Positions 22,154-33,698 of a stretch of 64,000 nt of DNA are shown here, one piece after another. Under the pieces are notes generated by a model. That model was not told where the DNA came from. It worked only from the letters and a program-made list of their open reading frames with translations, and made no database searches. The stretch covers positions 27,504-91,503 of the forward strand of contig JBHCAP010000013.1 in assembly GCA_041798325.1 (NCBI GenBank), written 5' to 3'. This DNA is from Giesbergeria sp. (GTDB lineage Bacteria; Pseudomonadota; Gammaproteobacteria; Burkholderiales; Burkholderiaceae_C). Within the stretch, counting starts at the first letter, position 1. Each line of letters starts with the position of its first letter. Position numbers and translations under genes: made by a program.

Positions 22154-23143
22154 ATGAAGAACCCAAGTCGTTTATTGCTGGCTCTGCTGGCCGTTGTGGG
22201 CAGCAGCGCTGCTTTGGCACAAAGCAGCGTCACGCTGTATGGCCGCGTCAACACCACCGTCGAACAGCAAAAAGCTGGCGATGACAAAGTCACCGGCATG
22301 CAGAACAACGCTTCGCGCTTTGGCTTTCGCGGCACCGAAGACTTGGGCGGCGGCCTGAAAGCTGGCTTTGTGCTGGAATCTGGCTTTCGCTCGGACGACG
22401 GCGGCGGCGCAAGCACCAACACCGGCATCAACTTCGGTCGCCAAAGCGAGCTGAACCTGTCGGGCAACTTCGGTATGTTGCGTATGGGCAACTTCTTTGC
22501 CGAGTCGTACTACGCCACGGCTGACTACGTCAGCATGCACAACCATGACACCGGCTCCTCGGCTGATGTGCTGTATGCCTACGTCATGCCTAGCAATGCC
22601 AACAAAGTTGCTTACCGCACCCCAGACTTTGGCGGCTTCACCGTTGAAGGCGCTGTAGCCATGCACGAACAAGTCGTTGGCGGCAAAAACGCCTTCGACT
22701 TGGCTGCCAACTACAACATGGGCGGTCTGGCCTTGGGCGCTGGCTACAGCAAGCACGACCGGAAAAACCAGTTCGGTCTGCGCGCTGTGTACTCCACCGG
22801 CCCGTTTGTGATCGGCGGCTACTACCAGCGTGACAAAAATGGCTTTGATACAAGCGCTACGGTCATCGAAAGCGGCAAGCGCGACACCTTCCGCATTGCT
22901 GGCGCTTACATGATGGGCGCTTCCGAGTTCCACCTCAACGTCGGCCGTGCTGGCAAGTACAAGAACGTGCCTGACAGCGCAGCGACCCAATACACCTTGG
23001 CCTACAACTACAACCTGAGCAAGCGCACCAAGCTCTACACCTACTACACCAAGGTGGACAACAAGGTCGGCGCTGCCTACGCCACCGGCGTCAATGGCGC
23101 TGACTTCAGCTCGTTCGCTCTGGGCGTTCGCCACAACTTCTAA
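22154..23143 (+). CDS. Gram-negative trimeric porin
   Basis: AQSSVTLYG, SRFGFRGTEDLGGGLKAGF.LE, YNLSKRT, terminal GVRHNF. Confidence 0.95.
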   Translation: MKNPSRLLLALLAVVGSSAALAQSSVTLYGRVNTTVEQQKAGDDKVTGMQNNASRFGFRGTEDLGGGLKAGFVLESGFRSDDGGGASTNTGINFGRQSELNLSGNFGMLRMGNFFAESYYATADYVSMHNHDTGSSADVLYAYVMPSNANKVAYRTPDFGGFTVEGAVAMHEQVVGGKNAFDLAANYNMGGLALGAGYSKHDRKNQFGLRAVYSTGPFVIGGYYQRDKNGFDTSATVIESGKRDTFRIAGAYMMGASEFHLNVGRAGKYKNVPDSAATQYTLAYNYNLSKRTKLYTYYTKVDNKVGAAYATGVNGADFSSFALGVRHNF

Positions 23144-23180
23144 TCACCAGCTCCCTTTTACGGGAGTCTGCTGACCAGAC

Positions 23181-23216
23181 AAAAAGCCTCGCACCTTTTG
23201 GGTGCGGGGCTTTTTT
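23181..23216 (+). terminator. Rho-independent terminator after the porin gene
   Basis: AAAAAGCCTCGCACC-tttt-GGGTGCGGGGCTTTTTT. Confidence 0.8.
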
Positions 23217-23285
23217 GCGTGCGCTGTGCCATCCCAGCAATTGCCAGAAAATCACAGCCCTCTGCACTCAAGACGGCTTATCCCC

Positions 23286-26200
23286 ATGACCCAAGGACTA
23301 ATCAGGATCCGCGGCGCGCGCCAGCACAACCTGCAAAATTTGGATGTTGACCTTCGCACTGGCGAGTTGACGGTGGTCACCGGCCCGAGCGGCTCGGGCA
23401 AGTCCAGTCTGGTGTTTGACACTTTGTTTGCCGAGGGCCAGCGCCGTTATGTCGAGACCTTCAGCGCCTACGCGCGCCAGTTTCTCGACCGCATGGACAA
23501 GCCGGCGGTGGACAAGGTCGATGGCGTGCCGCCGGCGATTGCCATCGACCAGACCAATCCGGTGCGCAGCTCGCGCTCCACCGTCGGCACCATGACCGAG
23601 CTGAACGACCATTTAAAGCTGTTGTTCGCCCGCGCCGGCCAGTTGTTTGACCGCCAAACCGCACAACCGGTGCGCCACGACTCGCCTGAGACCATTTACG
23701 CCGAGTTGCAGCGCCGCTGCCACGCTGCGGGCGACCCGCGCATCGCCATCACCTTTGCGGTCGAACTGCCCGCCGACACCAGCGCCGATGAGGTGGCGCA
23801 GTGGCTGTCGGCCAGCGGCTTTACCAAGGTGCAGGCCGAGCGCGAGCTGGGCAGCGTGCGCTTGCTGGATGTGGTGGCCGACCGCTTTCGCCTCAGCAAC
23901 GCCGACAAAGCCCGCGCCATCGAAGCCATCGAAGTGGCGCTGAAACGCGGTGCCGGGCGGCTGAATGTCTATCAATTGGCGGATGCCGACGCGCCCGAGA
24001 TATGGAAGTTCTCCACCGGCCTGCACTGCCCCGACAGCGACCTGCGCTACGCCGAACCGCTGCCGTCGATGTTCTCCTTCAACTCGCCGGCGGGCGCTTG
24101 CGACACCTGCAAAGGCTTTGGCCGGGTGATTGGCGTCGATTGGGGCTTGGTCATCCCGGACGACAAAAAAACCCTGCGCGGCGGTGCCATCAAAACGCTG
24201 CAAACCCCGGCGTGGAAAGAAAACCAAGACGACCTGATGCGCTACGCCGAAGCCGCCGGCATTGCGCGCGATACGCCTTGGCGGCAACTCAGCGCCGAAC
24301 AACAGCGCTGGGTGATTCAAGGCGCGCCCGGCTGGACGGGCAAATGGAACCAGCAGTGGTATGGCGTGCAGCGCTTTTTTGATTACTTGGAAACCAAGTC
24401 CTACAAGATGCACATCCGCGTGCTGCTGTCCAAATACCGCAGCTACACAACGTGCCCAACCTGCGCCGGCGCGCGCCTGAAAACCGACAGCCTGCTGTGG
24501 CGCATTGGCAATAAAGCCGACGCGGATGCAGCGCTGCCAGCGGCGCAGCGTTTTCTGCCGCAAGGCGTGGCGTGGAGCCGCGCACAGCTCGAAGCGCTGC
24601 CGGGCTTGTGTCTGCACGATTTGATGCTGCTGCCGCTGGACAAACTGCGCCAGTTCTTTGCGCGCATGGCGGGGGACACCACAGCAAATACTCCTGATTT
24701 AATAGCTGCTAGCGCATACCCCATAAGGGCTACAGGCCAATTTGACTCAAATAATGGCGATGCGCAGGCGCTGAAGCTGCTGCACGAAGAAATCAACACC
24801 CGCCTGCGCTACCTGTGCGATGTCGGCATTGGCTACCTGACGCTGGACCGGCAAAGCCGCACCCTGAGCGGCGGTGAAGTGCAGCGCATCAACCTGACCA
24901 CGGCGCTGGGCACCAGCCTTGTCAACACGCTGTTTGTGCTGGACGAGCCGAGCATTGGCCTGCACCCGCGCGATATGCACCGAATAACAGAGGCCATGCT
25001 GCGCCTGCGCGACGCCGGCAACACGCTGGTGGTGGTCGAGCACGACCCGGCGGTGATGCTGTCCGCCGACCGCGTGCTCGACTTTGGCCCCGGCCCCGGT
25101 GAGCGCGGCGGGCGCATCGTCTTTGACGGCACGCCCGACGCTTTGCGCAGTGCCGACACGCTCACGGGCGACTATTTGGGCGGACGCAAACGTATCGGCG
25201 CAGCATTTGCGCGCCGCGTGCAGGACGCCACGCCGCGCCTCATCCTCGAAGGCGCGCGCCAGCACAACCTGAAAAACATCAGCGTGCAATTTCCGCTGCA
25301 ACGGCTGGTGACGGTGACGGGCGTCAGCGGCTCGGGCAAATCGAGCTTGATTCAGGACGTGCTGGCTCCCGCCTTGCAGCGCCACTTTGGCAAGGCCACC
25401 GAAACCCCCGGCGCGTTTGAGCAGCTGCTGGGCGCAGAGCAATTGAACGACGTGGTGTTTGTCGATCAGTCACCGATTGGCAAAACCGCGCGCTCCAACC
25501 CGGTCAGCTACGTCGGCGCGTGGGACAGCCTGCGCGAGCTGTTCGCCACCGCGCCGCTGGCACGCGAACGCGGCTACAGCGCCAGCAAATTCAGCTTCAA
25601 CCACGGCGATGGGCGCTGTCCGACCTGCGGCGGCTCGGGCTTTGAACACGTCGAAATGCAGTTTTTGAGCGACGTGTATTTGCGCTGCCCCGACTGCGAC
25701 GGCCAGCGCTACCGGCCTGAAATCTTGGAAGTGACGATTGAGCGCGGCAGCCGCAGCCTGAACGTCGCCGACGTGCTGGCGCTGACCGTGAGCGAAGCCG
25801 CCGCGCTGTTCGCGGGCGACCGCGAGGTGCTGCGCGCGCTGCAACCCATCGCTGATGTCGGGCTGGAATACGTCAAGCTGGGCCAGCCGGTGCCAACGCT
25901 GTCGGGCGGCGAGGCGCAGCGGCTGAAACTCGCCGGCTTTCTGGCCGGCGCAGCCAAAAGCGCCTCCTCCAGCCGCCAGCCGCTGGCGCGCAAGGGCACG
26001 CTGTTTATGTTCGACGAGCCGACCACCGGCCTGCACTTTGACGACATCGCCAAGCTGATGCGTGCCTTTGGCAAGCTGCTGGACGCCGGCCATTCGCTCA
26101 TCGTCATCGAGCACAACTTGGACGTGATTCGCGCTTCGGATTGGCTGATTGACCTCGGCCCCGAAGGCGGCGACGGCGGCGGCTGGGTGGTGGCCGAAGG

Positions 26201-29200
26201 CGCGCCCGAAGTGCTGCGCGAACACGCCAGCTCGCACACCGGTGCGGCGCTGCGCGACTACGAGCAGGCTATCGGTGGCACCGCCCACAGCGTGCAAGAG
26301 AACCGCCATTCACTCCTAAAAACAGAGCTGCTAGCGCCCGCACCTAAAGGGCTAGAGGCCAAAAACACTAACAATACGATTGACATCGTCAACGCCCGCG
26401 AGCACAACCTGAAAGGCCTGAGCGTGTCCATTCCGCGCGGCCAGTTCAGCGTGGTGACGGGCGTCAGCGGCTCGGGCAAATCGACGCTGGCGTTTGACAT
26501 CCTGTTCAACGAAGGCCAGCGGCGCTATTTGGAATCGCTCAACGCCTACGCGCGCAGCATCGTGCAGCCGGCGGGGCGGCCAGAGGTCGATGCGGTGTAT
26601 GGCATTCCGCCCACCGTGGCGATTGAGCAGCGCCTGTCGCGCGGCGGGCGCAAATCCACGGTGGGGACGACGACGGAGGTTTGGCACTACCTGCGCCTGC
26701 TGTACGTCAAGCTGGGCACCCAGCACTGCACCCACGACGGCGCAGCGGTACAGCCGCAAACGAGCGACAGCATCGCCGCGCAACTGCTGCGCACCTACAG
26801 CGGCCAGCACATCGGCCTGCTGGCACCGCTGGTGATGCACCGCAAAGGCGTTTACAGCGAGCTGGCCGATTGGGCGCGCCCACGCGGCCATACGCATTTG
26901 CGCGTCGATGGGGAGTTTGTACCGACGGCACCGTTCCCACGCCTTGACCGCTTCAAAGAGCACACCATCGAGCTGCCGGTGATGAGCCTCGATGTGCGCC
27001 CCGATCACGAAGCCCAACTGCGCAGCGCGCTGTCGCAAGCGCTGCAACACGGCAAAGGCGTGGTGCACGTCCTCAGTCACTTGGACGGCTTGGCCGAAGC
27101 ACTGGCCGCTGACTTGCCGACCGCTGGCATTGGCCGACTGCAAGTGTTCTCCACCCAGCGCGCCTGCCCGGTCTGCGCCACCTCGTATGCCGAACTCGAC
27201 CCGCGTTTGTTCTCGTACAACAGCAAACACGGCTGGTGCCCGGACTGCGTCGGCACCGGCGTGCAGCTGACCAAAGACCAGCGCAAATTGTTCGATGACT
27301 CGGTGCTGGCCGACGACCAAAAAGGCCGCGAGCAAACCTTTGCCGAGCCCGAAGTCGAAGACGTCGCCGGCCTTGCCTGCAAAACCTGCCACGGCACGCG
27401 CCTGAACGCCACGGCACGCGCAGTGCAGTTTGCCGGCGTGGCGATTACCGACATCGCCCACCTGTCGGTCAGCGACCTGCGCGCGTGGGTGGAGCAACTG
27501 GCGCTAACCGGCCGCGAAGCCGAGATTGCCCGCGACCTGCTGCCAGAAATCAAAAGCCGCTTGGCGTTTTTGGAGGAAGTCGGCCTCGGTTATCTGACGC
27601 TCGACCGGGGCGCACCGACGCTCAGCGGTGGCGAGGCGCAGCGCATTCGCCTGGCCGCCCAGCTGGGCAGCAATTTGCAAGGCGTGTGCTACGTGCTCGA
27701 CGAGCCGACCATCGGCCTGCACGCGCGCGACAACCAAATTTTGCTCAATGCCCTGCACCAATTGAGCGCCAAAGGCAACACGCTGGTGGTGGTGGAGCAC
27801 GACGAAGACACCATCCGCGCCGCTGACCACATCATCGACATCGGCCCCAGCGCCGGCCAGCGCGGCGGGCGGCTGGTGGCGCAGGGCAGCGTGGCCGACA
27901 TCACCAGCGCAGCGGAATCACAAACCGGGCGCTATTTGCTGCACGCCATGCGCCATCCGCTGCAAGCACGCCGCGCCGTCGATATCAAAACAGGAGCTGC
28001 TAGCGCACGTATTCAAAGGCTTTCAGACACAAAAAAGCCTGAAAGCCAATCAACACCAGCGCTAGCAGCTCCTGAAAACGCAGCAGACATCGGCACCGAC
28101 TGGCTCACCGTCCACGGCGCTGGCCTGCATAACCTGCAAAACGTCACCGCGCGCGTGCCGCTCAAGCGGCTGGTGGCGGTGACGGGGGTCAGCGGCTCGG
28201 GCAAATCGACGTTGGCGCGCGACGTGCTGCTGACCAACGTGCAAGCGTGGGTGCAACAGCGCGCCACCAAAGCCGGGCGCGAGGCGATGGACGCTGGCAA
28301 AGCGCCGGCGCTGATCGGCTGCACCGGCTTGCAAGGCTTTGAAAGCATCGACCGCGTGCTGGAAGTCGATCAAACGCCGATTGGCAAAACCCCGCGCAGC
28401 TGCCCAGCCACCTACATCGGCTTTTGGGACACGGTGCGCAAACTGTTCGCCGAAACGCTGGAAGCCAAAGCGCGCGGCTACGCGCCGGGGCGCTTTAGCT
28501 TCAACACCGGCGCTGGCCGCTGCCCCAGCTGCGAGGGCCAAGGCATCCGCACCATCGCCATGAGCTTTCTGCCGGACGTGAAAGTGCCGTGCGAAGCCTG
28601 CCACGGCGCGCGCTTCAACCCCGAAACGCTGGCCGTCACTTGGCGCGGCAAAAGCATTGGCGACGTGCTGCAAATGGAGGTCGATGAGGCGGTGGATTTT
28701 TTTGCCGCCATGCCGAACATTGCGCACCCGCTGCAACTGCTCAAAGACGTGGGACTGGGTTATTTGACGCTAGGCCAGCCGAGTCCGACGCTGTCGGGCG
28801 GCGAAGCGCAGCGCATCAAACTCGTCACCGAACTGACCAAGGTGCGCGACGACGTCACCCGCCGCGGCAATAAAGCGCCGCACACGCTGTACGTGCTCGA
28901 CGAGCCGACGGTCGGCCTGCACATGGCCGACGTGGACAAGCTGATCCGCGTACTGCACCGCTTGGTGGACGGCGGCCACAGCGTGGTGGTGATTGAGCAC
29001 GATTTGGACGTGATTGCCGAAGCCGATTGGGTGATTGACTTGGGGCCAGAGGGCGGCAACGCCGGCGGGCGCATCGTCGCCGAAGCGACGCCCGAGGGCG
29101 TGGTGCAGCGCGGCACGCACACCGGCGTGGCGCTGGCGCAGCGCCTCGACCCGCTTGCAGCGTCTTTAATCAAGCCAGCGCACGTTTTGCAAGACCTCGG

Positions 29201-29261
29201 CAAAAAAGCTGCGCAGGCTGGCGGTGCCCATGCTGTAGGGGTCAAACTCAGCGGTACTTGA
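23286..29261 (+). CDS. uvrA: Double-length UvrA-family ABC ATPase (two fused UvrA units)
   Basis: Four GAR/AREHNL..TG(P/V)SGSGKS Walker A regions, four LSGGE signatures, four DEP Walker B motifs and several CxxC zinc modules; about 1990 aa. Confidence 0.88.
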   Translation: MTQGLIRIRGARQHNLQNLDVDLRTGELTVVTGPSGSGKSSLVFDTLFAEGQRRYVETFSAYARQFLDRMDKPAVDKVDGVPPAIAIDQTNPVRSSRSTVGTMTELNDHLKLLFARAGQLFDRQTAQPVRHDSPETIYAELQRRCHAAGDPRIAITFAVELPADTSADEVAQWLSASGFTKVQAERELGSVRLLDVVADRFRLSNADKARAIEAIEVALKRGAGRLNVYQLADADAPEIWKFSTGLHCPDSDLRYAEPLPSMFSFNSPAGACDTCKGFGRVIGVDWGLVIPDDKKTLRGGAIKTLQTPAWKENQDDLMRYAEAAGIARDTPWRQLSAEQQRWVIQGAPGWTGKWNQQWYGVQRFFDYLETKSYKMHIRVLLSKYRSYTTCPTCAGARLKTDSLLWRIGNKADADAALPAAQRFLPQGVAWSRAQLEALPGLCLHDLMLLPLDKLRQFFARMAGDTTANTPDLIAASAYPIRATGQFDSNNGDAQALKLLHEEINTRLRYLCDVGIGYLTLDRQSRTLSGGEVQRINLTTALGTSLVNTLFVLDEPSIGLHPRDMHRITEAMLRLRDAGNTLVVVEHDPAVMLSADRVLDFGPGPGERGGRIVFDGTPDALRSADTLTGDYLGGRKRIGAAFARRVQDATPRLILEGARQHNLKNISVQFPLQRLVTVTGVSGSGKSSLIQDVLAPALQRHFGKATETPGAFEQLLGAEQLNDVVFVDQSPIGKTARSNPVSYVGAWDSLRELFATAPLARERGYSASKFSFNHGDGRCPTCGGSGFEHVEMQFLSDVYLRCPDCDGQRYRPEILEVTIERGSRSLNVADVLALTVSEAAALFAGDREVLRALQPIADVGLEYVKLGQPVPTLSGGEAQRLKLAGFLAGAAKSASSSRQPLARKGTLFMFDEPTTGLHFDDIAKLMRAFGKLLDAGHSLIVIEHNLDVIRASDWLIDLGPEGGDGGGWVVAEGAPEVLREHASSHTGAALRDYEQAIGGTAHSVQENRHSLLKTELLAPAPKGLEAKNTNNTIDIVNAREHNLKGLSVSIPRGQFSVVTGVSGSGKSTLAFDILFNEGQRRYLESLNAYARSIVQPAGRPEVDAVYGIPPTVAIEQRLSRGGRKSTVGTTTEVWHYLRLLYVKLGTQHCTHDGAAVQPQTSDSIAAQLLRTYSGQHIGLLAPLVMHRKGVYSELADWARPRGHTHLRVDGEFVPTAPFPRLDRFKEHTIELPVMSLDVRPDHEAQLRSALSQALQHGKGVVHVLSHLDGLAEALAADLPTAGIGRLQVFSTQRACPVCATSYAELDPRLFSYNSKHGWCPDCVGTGVQLTKDQRKLFDDSVLADDQKGREQTFAEPEVEDVAGLACKTCHGTRLNATARAVQFAGVAITDIAHLSVSDLRAWVEQLALTGREAEIARDLLPEIKSRLAFLEEVGLGYLTLDRGAPTLSGGEAQRIRLAAQLGSNLQGVCYVLDEPTIGLHARDNQILLNALHQLSAKGNTLVVVEHDEDTIRAADHIIDIGPSAGQRGGRLVAQGSVADITSAAESQTGRYLLHAMRHPLQARRAVDIKTGAASARIQRLSDTKKPESQSTPALAAPENAADIGTDWLTVHGAGLHNLQNVTARVPLKRLVAVTGVSGSGKSTLARDVLLTNVQAWVQQRATKAGREAMDAGKAPALIGCTGLQGFESIDRVLEVDQTPIGKTPRSCPATYIGFWDTVRKLFAETLEAKARGYAPGRFSFNTGAGRCPSCEGQGIRTIAMSFLPDVKVPCEACHGARFNPETLAVTWRGKSIGDVLQMEVDEAVDFFAAMPNIAHPLQLLKDVGLGYLTLGQPSPTLSGGEAQRIKLVTELTKVRDDVTRRGNKAPHTLYVLDEPTVGLHMADVDKLIRVLHRLVDGGHSVVVIEHDLDVIAEADWVIDLGPEGGNAGGRIVAEATPEGVVQRGTHTGVALAQRLDPLAASLIKPAHVLQDLGKKAAQAGGAHAVGVKLSGT
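24702..24745 (+). repeat. Repeat copy in-frame within UvrA ([15 protein letters not shown])
   Basis: atagctgctagcgcataccccataagggctacaggccaatttga. Confidence 0.88.
26324..26365 (+). repeat. Repeat copy in-frame within UvrA, read in a different frame ([13 protein letters not shown])
   Basis: agagctgctagcgcccgcacctaaagggctagaggccaaaaa. Confidence 0.88.
27991..28074. repeat. Inverted doublet (REPIN-like hairpin) in-frame within UvrA
   Basis: CAGGAGCTGCTAGCGC...GCGCTAGCAGCTCCTG 16-bp perfect arms plus an inner GGCTTTCAG/CTGAAAGCC stem. Confidence 0.88.
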
Positions 29262-29585
29262 GTATTTCAAAAACAACTGGCGGTTGGTGTCGAGCGATTG
29301 CAGCAGCCCCATAGACCAGCCCGTGAACTGGCGCTGCGTGATGTCAGAAAAATCCAAGATACCCGTGTCGCAGTGGCGCGTATCTTTCAGGATGCGGTGG
29401 TACAGCGCATTGACCGCCGTGCGCTCGCCTTCGAGCTGCTGCAAAAAAATGCCGTTGTTCAAGCACAGCGCGCCGGTGATGCCCGAGCGGGCGTTATTGC
29501 GCTGCGAGGCAGCCAAAATGTCTTTGACATCTGCGGGCCCCAAAGCATGGGCGCAGCGGCTAGCGTAGGTCAGTTGTATCAGCAT
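29166..29585 (-). CDS. Stand-alone BLUF blue-light sensor
   Basis: LTYAS (Tyr), SQRNN..GITGAL, FLQQLEG (Gln), DTRH, FTGWSMG. Confidence 0.93.
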   Translation of the reverse strand: MLIQLTYASRCAHALGPADVKDILAASQRNNARSGITGALCLNNGIFLQQLEGERTAVNALYHRILKDTRHCDTGILDFSDITQRQFTGWSMGLLQSLDTNRQLFLKYSSTAEFDPYSMGTASLRSFFAEVLQNVRWLD

Positions 29586-29635
29586 CTGTGGTGTTCCTTC
29601 AAAAATACGCAGTGTGGCAGGTCGCCAGCGCTGCG

Positions 29636-30901
29636 CTAGGACTGCACCTGATTGCGGCCAGCGTGTTTGGCGCGGTATAGAGCTTGGTCAACGCGCTCTA
29701 TCAACTGGGCCAAAGTTTCGCCCGGCTGCAACTGCCCCACGCCCATCGACAACGTCACTTGCCCCACCTGCTCTTGCTCGTGGCTCAGGCGCTGCACGCC
29801 GGCGCGGCAGCGCTCGGCCAGCGCCAAAGCGCGGCTGAAGTCGCAGCCGCTGAACACCAGCAAAAACTCTTCGCCGCCCCAGCGAATGACGCTGTCGTTG
29901 GCACGCAGCGTGGCAATCAGGCTGCGTGAAATGGTTTTAAGCACGGCATCACCGCAACTGTGCCCCCGCGTATCGTTGACCCGCTTGAAGTGGTCGATAT
30001 CAGCGATGGCTATCGACATCGGCAACTTGCTGCCCACGGCCTGCATAAAGGCCTCCTCCAGCACCATTTCGCCAGAGGCCCGGTTGAGCGCACCGGTCAG
30101 CCCATCAAAACGCATGGTTTCGCGAAACAGCTGCTCCTCTAGCACCCGGGTGGTCAGGTCACGAAGAATGCTGACGTAGTGCGTAATCTGGCCACTCTCA
30201 TCGGTCAGGGGCGTGATGGTTTCATCGCAGTAAATCAGCGAATTGTTTTTAGCGCGGTTGCTAAAAGTGCCTCTGAAGATGTGGCCGCGCTTGAGGGTAT
30301 CCCACATGTTTTGGTAGAACGCCGCATCATGCTCGCCGGACTTGAGCAAGCCGGGGTTGCGCCCCAGCACCTCGGTCAGCCCGTAGCCGGTAATTTTTTC
30401 AAAGCCCTTGTTGACAAACTCGATGATGCCGTGGCGGTTGGTGATGACTACGCCGTCATCGGTGACGTTGAGCACCTGGGCAAAAAGCTGGGTGGTTTTT
30501 TGCGCCGCCATCAAATCGCTGATGTCTTGCTGCACCGACATAAAGTGCGTGACCTCGCCCGCTGCATTGCGCACCGGCGAGACATTCCACTCCACCGTGT
30601 AGGGGCGCCCCTCCTTGCGGTAATTGATGGTAGAGCCATGAAAATAGCTGCCCTCGCGCAGGCACTGGCGCAGGCGCTCAATCACATCGGGGTTGGTGGC
30701 CGGCCCCTGCAGCAGGCGCGGGCTGCGCCCCAGCAGCTCTTGGTCGCTGTAGCCGGTCATGCGGCTAAAGGCCTCGTTGGCGTAAATAATGCGGCAGCCG
30801 TCTTTGCCTAAATTGGCATCGGTGAGCACAACCGCATTGAACGATTGCCCCAGCGCTTGAGCAATAGTGGCGGGGTCGATGTGGCTGGGCAGGTGTTTCA
30901 T
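29636..30901 (-). CDS. PAS(LOV-like)-PAS-GGDEF diguanylate cyclase
   Basis: IIYANEAFSRMTGYS..ELLGRSPRLLQG..NYRKEG; second PAS VNKGFEKITGY..GRNPGLLKSG; DIDHFKRVND..RWGGEEF. Confidence 0.9.
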   Translation of the reverse strand: MKHLPSHIDPATIAQALGQSFNAVVLTDANLGKDGCRIIYANEAFSRMTGYSDQELLGRSPRLLQGPATNPDVIERLRQCLREGSYFHGSTINYRKEGRPYTVEWNVSPVRNAAGEVTHFMSVQQDISDLMAAQKTTQLFAQVLNVTDDGVVITNRHGIIEFVNKGFEKITGYGLTEVLGRNPGLLKSGEHDAAFYQNMWDTLKRGHIFRGTFSNRAKNNSLIYCDETITPLTDESGQITHYVSILRDLTTRVLEEQLFRETMRFDGLTGALNRASGEMVLEEAFMQAVGSKLPMSIAIADIDHFKRVNDTRGHSCGDAVLKTISRSLIATLRANDSVIRWGGEEFLLVFSGCDFSRALALAERCRAGVQRLSHEQEQVGQVTLSMGVGQLQPGETLAQLIERVDQALYRAKHAGRNQVQS

Positions 30902-31073
30902 GAAGGTGGCTGCACCATTGCGGCGCAGTTTTTGCAATCCATATTAACGCTTGCAATTAATGAAGCTGGTTTCACAGGCGTTTAGCGCACCAAGCGTTGC
31001 TGATGGCGGTGTGCGTTTTTTGCACAAAGACAGATAAAATTCGCGCCCCTATTTCGCCTATCCACACTCCCCC

Positions 31074-31682
31074 ATGCACACCCCCAATCCCAACGGCTTG
31101 CCGCTGCGTCCCTTGCCTGCGCTGATTTTTGCCAGCCGCTGGCTACAACTGCCGCTGTACCTCGGCCTTATCGTTGCCCAAGCTATTTACGTGTTCCATT
31201 TTTGGGTGGAGCTAGTGCATTTGCTAGAAGCGGTATTTGGCAACCAGAATGCCTTGCAGGCGCTGATCAACAGCATTGGCTACAAAACCGATGTGCAGAT
31301 CACCCAGCTCAATGAAACCATCATCATGCTGGTGGTGCTGGGGCTGATTGACGTGGTGATGATCTCCAACCTGCTCATCATGGTGATCGTCGGCGGCTAC
31401 GAGACCTTCGTCAGCCGCATGAACCTAGAGAGCCACCCCGACCAGCCCGAGTGGCTCAACCATGTCAATGCCTCGGTGCTCAAGGTCAAACTGAGCACGG
31501 CCATCATCGGCATCAGCTCCATCCACCTGCTCAAAACCTTCATCAACGCCGCCAACTACGACGAGAAGGTGCTGATGTGGCAAACCATCATCCACATCGC
31601 CTTCTTGCTCAGTGCGCTGGCCATTGCCCTGACCGATCGGCTGATGAGCCACACCGCGCACACCACGCACACCAACCATTGA
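31074..31682 (+). CDS. TIGR00645/YqhA-family membrane protein
   Basis: [54 protein letters not shown]. Confidence 0.88.
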   Translation: MHTPNPNGLPLRPLPALIFASRWLQLPLYLGLIVAQAIYVFHFWVELVHLLEAVFGNQNALQALINSIGYKTDVQITQLNETIIMLVVLGLIDVVMISNLLIMVIVGGYETFVSRMNLESHPDQPEWLNHVNASVLKVKLSTAIIGISSIHLLKTFINAANYDEKVLMWQTIIHIAFLLSALAIALTDRLMSHTAHTTHTNH

Positions 31683-31766
31683 GCCGCCCCACATCCGAGC
31701 CGCAACATCGGCAACGGTTGTGGCTGGTACCGCGAATCCGAGTGGCGCGGATTAACTCCTGATTTG

Positions 31767-31810
31767 ATAGCTACTAGCGCCCGTGTTTAAAGGGCTAGAG
31801 ACCGATTTGA
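31767..31810 (+). repeat. Dispersed REP-like repeat copy at the left border of the AT-richer islet
   Basis: atagctactagcgcccgtgtttaaagggctagagaccgatttga. Confidence 0.9.
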
Positions 31811-31892
31811 CCTTAAACCCACCCTCAACCACTTGTGTTTTATGCGCCGAGGTCACTGGGCAACAAGGCTCGGTTGTGCAACCACACCGCCC

Positions 31893-32396
31893 CTAAGCAC
31901 ACCCTTCTACCCAGTCAATCGACTCATCGCCAACGTATATTGCTATCACCTTGTCGGCAGCAATCTCGAATTTCACACCGTGACGCTTACCACCTTCCCA
32001 GATGTAGTAATAGAACCCGGTATCGTCATATTTATGAGCTTCTATTTCGAGTTGCGAACCAAAAATCTCTTTGAGTTTTGATGTGGAATCCCCCACTTTT
32101 ACGCCGGATTTGGTCTTGATTGCACGATCGAATACTTCGATTCGGCTAATTTTTCCTTGCTGTATCATGTAATTAACTCCCTCGCGGCGGCCACTTGCAG
32201 AGACATAATCACAATCTGAATCTATCGGCTTATTTTCAAAAGTATTCAGCTTAAATTTAAGCAAACTCTCTGCTTCGGCGATAGTCATTCCAGCCTTAAC
32301 AGGCCCATACCCTTTTGAAGTAAGAAACCAAGGCTCATTTGCTTGAATAGAAAAGCTTGCACACAATGCAATGATGAAAAAAGAAATGGTTTTCAT
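31893..32396 (-). CDS. Secreted hypothetical protein (AT-rich)
   Basis: Signal peptide MKTISFFIIALCASFSIQA; GYGPVKAGMT, TKSGVKVGDS, terminal WVEGCA. Confidence 0.75.
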   Translation of the reverse strand: MKTISFFIIALCASFSIQANEPWFLTSKGYGPVKAGMTIAEAESLLKFKLNTFENKPIDSDCDYVSASGRREGVNYMIQQGKISRIEVFDRAIKTKSGVKVGDSTSKLKEIFGSQLEIEAHKYDDTGFYYYIWEGGKRHGVKFEIAADKVIAIYVGDESIDWVEGCA

Positions 32397-32492
32397 ACAG
32401 AAGTCCGACAAAAAAATAGCTATCGCCCTAAAAATTTAATGCTGCTGCATCAACTCTTGGGGCAGATAGCTATCAAGATATACCAAGATAGA

Positions 32493-33698
32493 TCAGTTTA
32501 CTGACTGAAATAACCAAGTGGCATCCCCGAAAAAGACCTCATTAGCTTCCATGGGGGAAATTTTCACGTCAAAACTCTGATGCCGGAGGTAATAGCCTTT
32601 CTTGGCAGCGGATTCAAATGAAACATAGCTCGCTCCAGCCTTGGTTTCAAACGGCGGACGGATTTTGAACCGGGCGCTTTGAGGGGGAAGCTCTTTGCCC
32701 TTTGACCAAACCTCAACCATATTGCTCGCATTGACGTTGAGATAAGCATCACTGCCACTGCTGCCTTGATCGCTCAATTTGAGAGCAACTGTGCCGTCGC
32801 CTAAGTTCACTTGTGCCAACTGAAGCAGACTCTTGTCGCCGCCGGGCTGGGCTTGCAGGATGATTACTTGTTTGCGGCTTGCGTCGTAGCCCATCCAATA
32901 AGGGGTTTTTTCATCCCTTTTGCCACTGATGGCCCAAGTGTGCAGCTTGAAATTGGGTGGCATGACTGGGACGCTGGCCTTAGCGGCCGACTGCGTACCG
33001 CCAGCATCTTTAACGCACCGAATCGTCAAGATGTCAATCACGTTGGCGTCGAGAGTCCAGGCACCGTCATCGCCCAGAGCGATTTTTCCGAAGGCTGGCT
33101 GTGTGTTGTTATTTTTTGGCGCCCACCATGCGCCGCGCTCACCGACAAAAGTCATGTGTCCGGCATTTGCAATCCAACCACCAGGCAAAGCGGAAAAGCC
33201 AGAGGCATTATTTGCAGCTTGATTGTTGGGCCAAGAATCGCCGGTCGCTCTCAGGGGATAAGCAGCGTGTTTACCATCTTTCTCTCCGCGTGCTTTATCG
33301 CTTTTGGGGTAGCTATTAATCAGTTCATTCCACTCGGCTAGCGTGGATACGTGCCAATTGGTTGGGCAAACGTTTTTACTGGCAATGACTTTCCAGTTAT
33401 ACAAAGCGCCATATTTTTTGCTTTGGGCACTGTTTTTGTTATTTTCATACCAGTACATAGCCGGTTCAGCTTCTTGCGCCCCGATGGTTGCCGTTTTAAT
33501 CGGCGTGCCATCGTTGAACTGGGTGGCGCGCAAATTTTCAGCCATCCATGTTTTTCCGTTAATCACCACGGTTTTATAGCTATAACCCTCCCGATCAGTT
33601 ACGGAGCCCTGCTGCTGGGCATGTGTGACGGGGCTTAGTGCCAGCATTAACAATGCGACGACGCCAGAATATATAGCAGATTTTTTAAATGATTTCAT
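32493..33698 (-). CDS. Secreted FISUMP (Fibrobacter major paralogous) domain protein with C-terminal AbfB-like beta-trefoil
   Basis: TDREGYSYKTVVINGKTWMAENLR, YGALYNW, VCPTNWHV, SGFSALPGG, IRCVKD; C-terminal VSFES...YYLRH..F...FFGDATW. Confidence 0.78.
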   Translation of the reverse strand: MKSFKKSAIYSGVVALLMLALSPVTHAQQQGSVTDREGYSYKTVVINGKTWMAENLRATQFNDGTPIKTATIGAQEAEPAMYWYENNKNSAQSKKYGALYNWKVIASKNVCPTNWHVSTLAEWNELINSYPKSDKARGEKDGKHAAYPLRATGDSWPNNQAANNASGFSALPGGWIANAGHMTFVGERGAWWAPKNNNTQPAFGKIALGDDGAWTLDANVIDILTIRCVKDAGGTQSAAKASVPVMPPNFKLHTWAISGKRDEKTPYWMGYDASRKQVIILQAQPGGDKSLLQLAQVNLGDGTVALKLSDQGSSGSDAYLNVNASNMVEVWSKGKELPPQSARFKIRPPFETKAGASYVSFESAAKKGYYLRHQSFDVKISPMEANEVFFGDATWLFQSVN

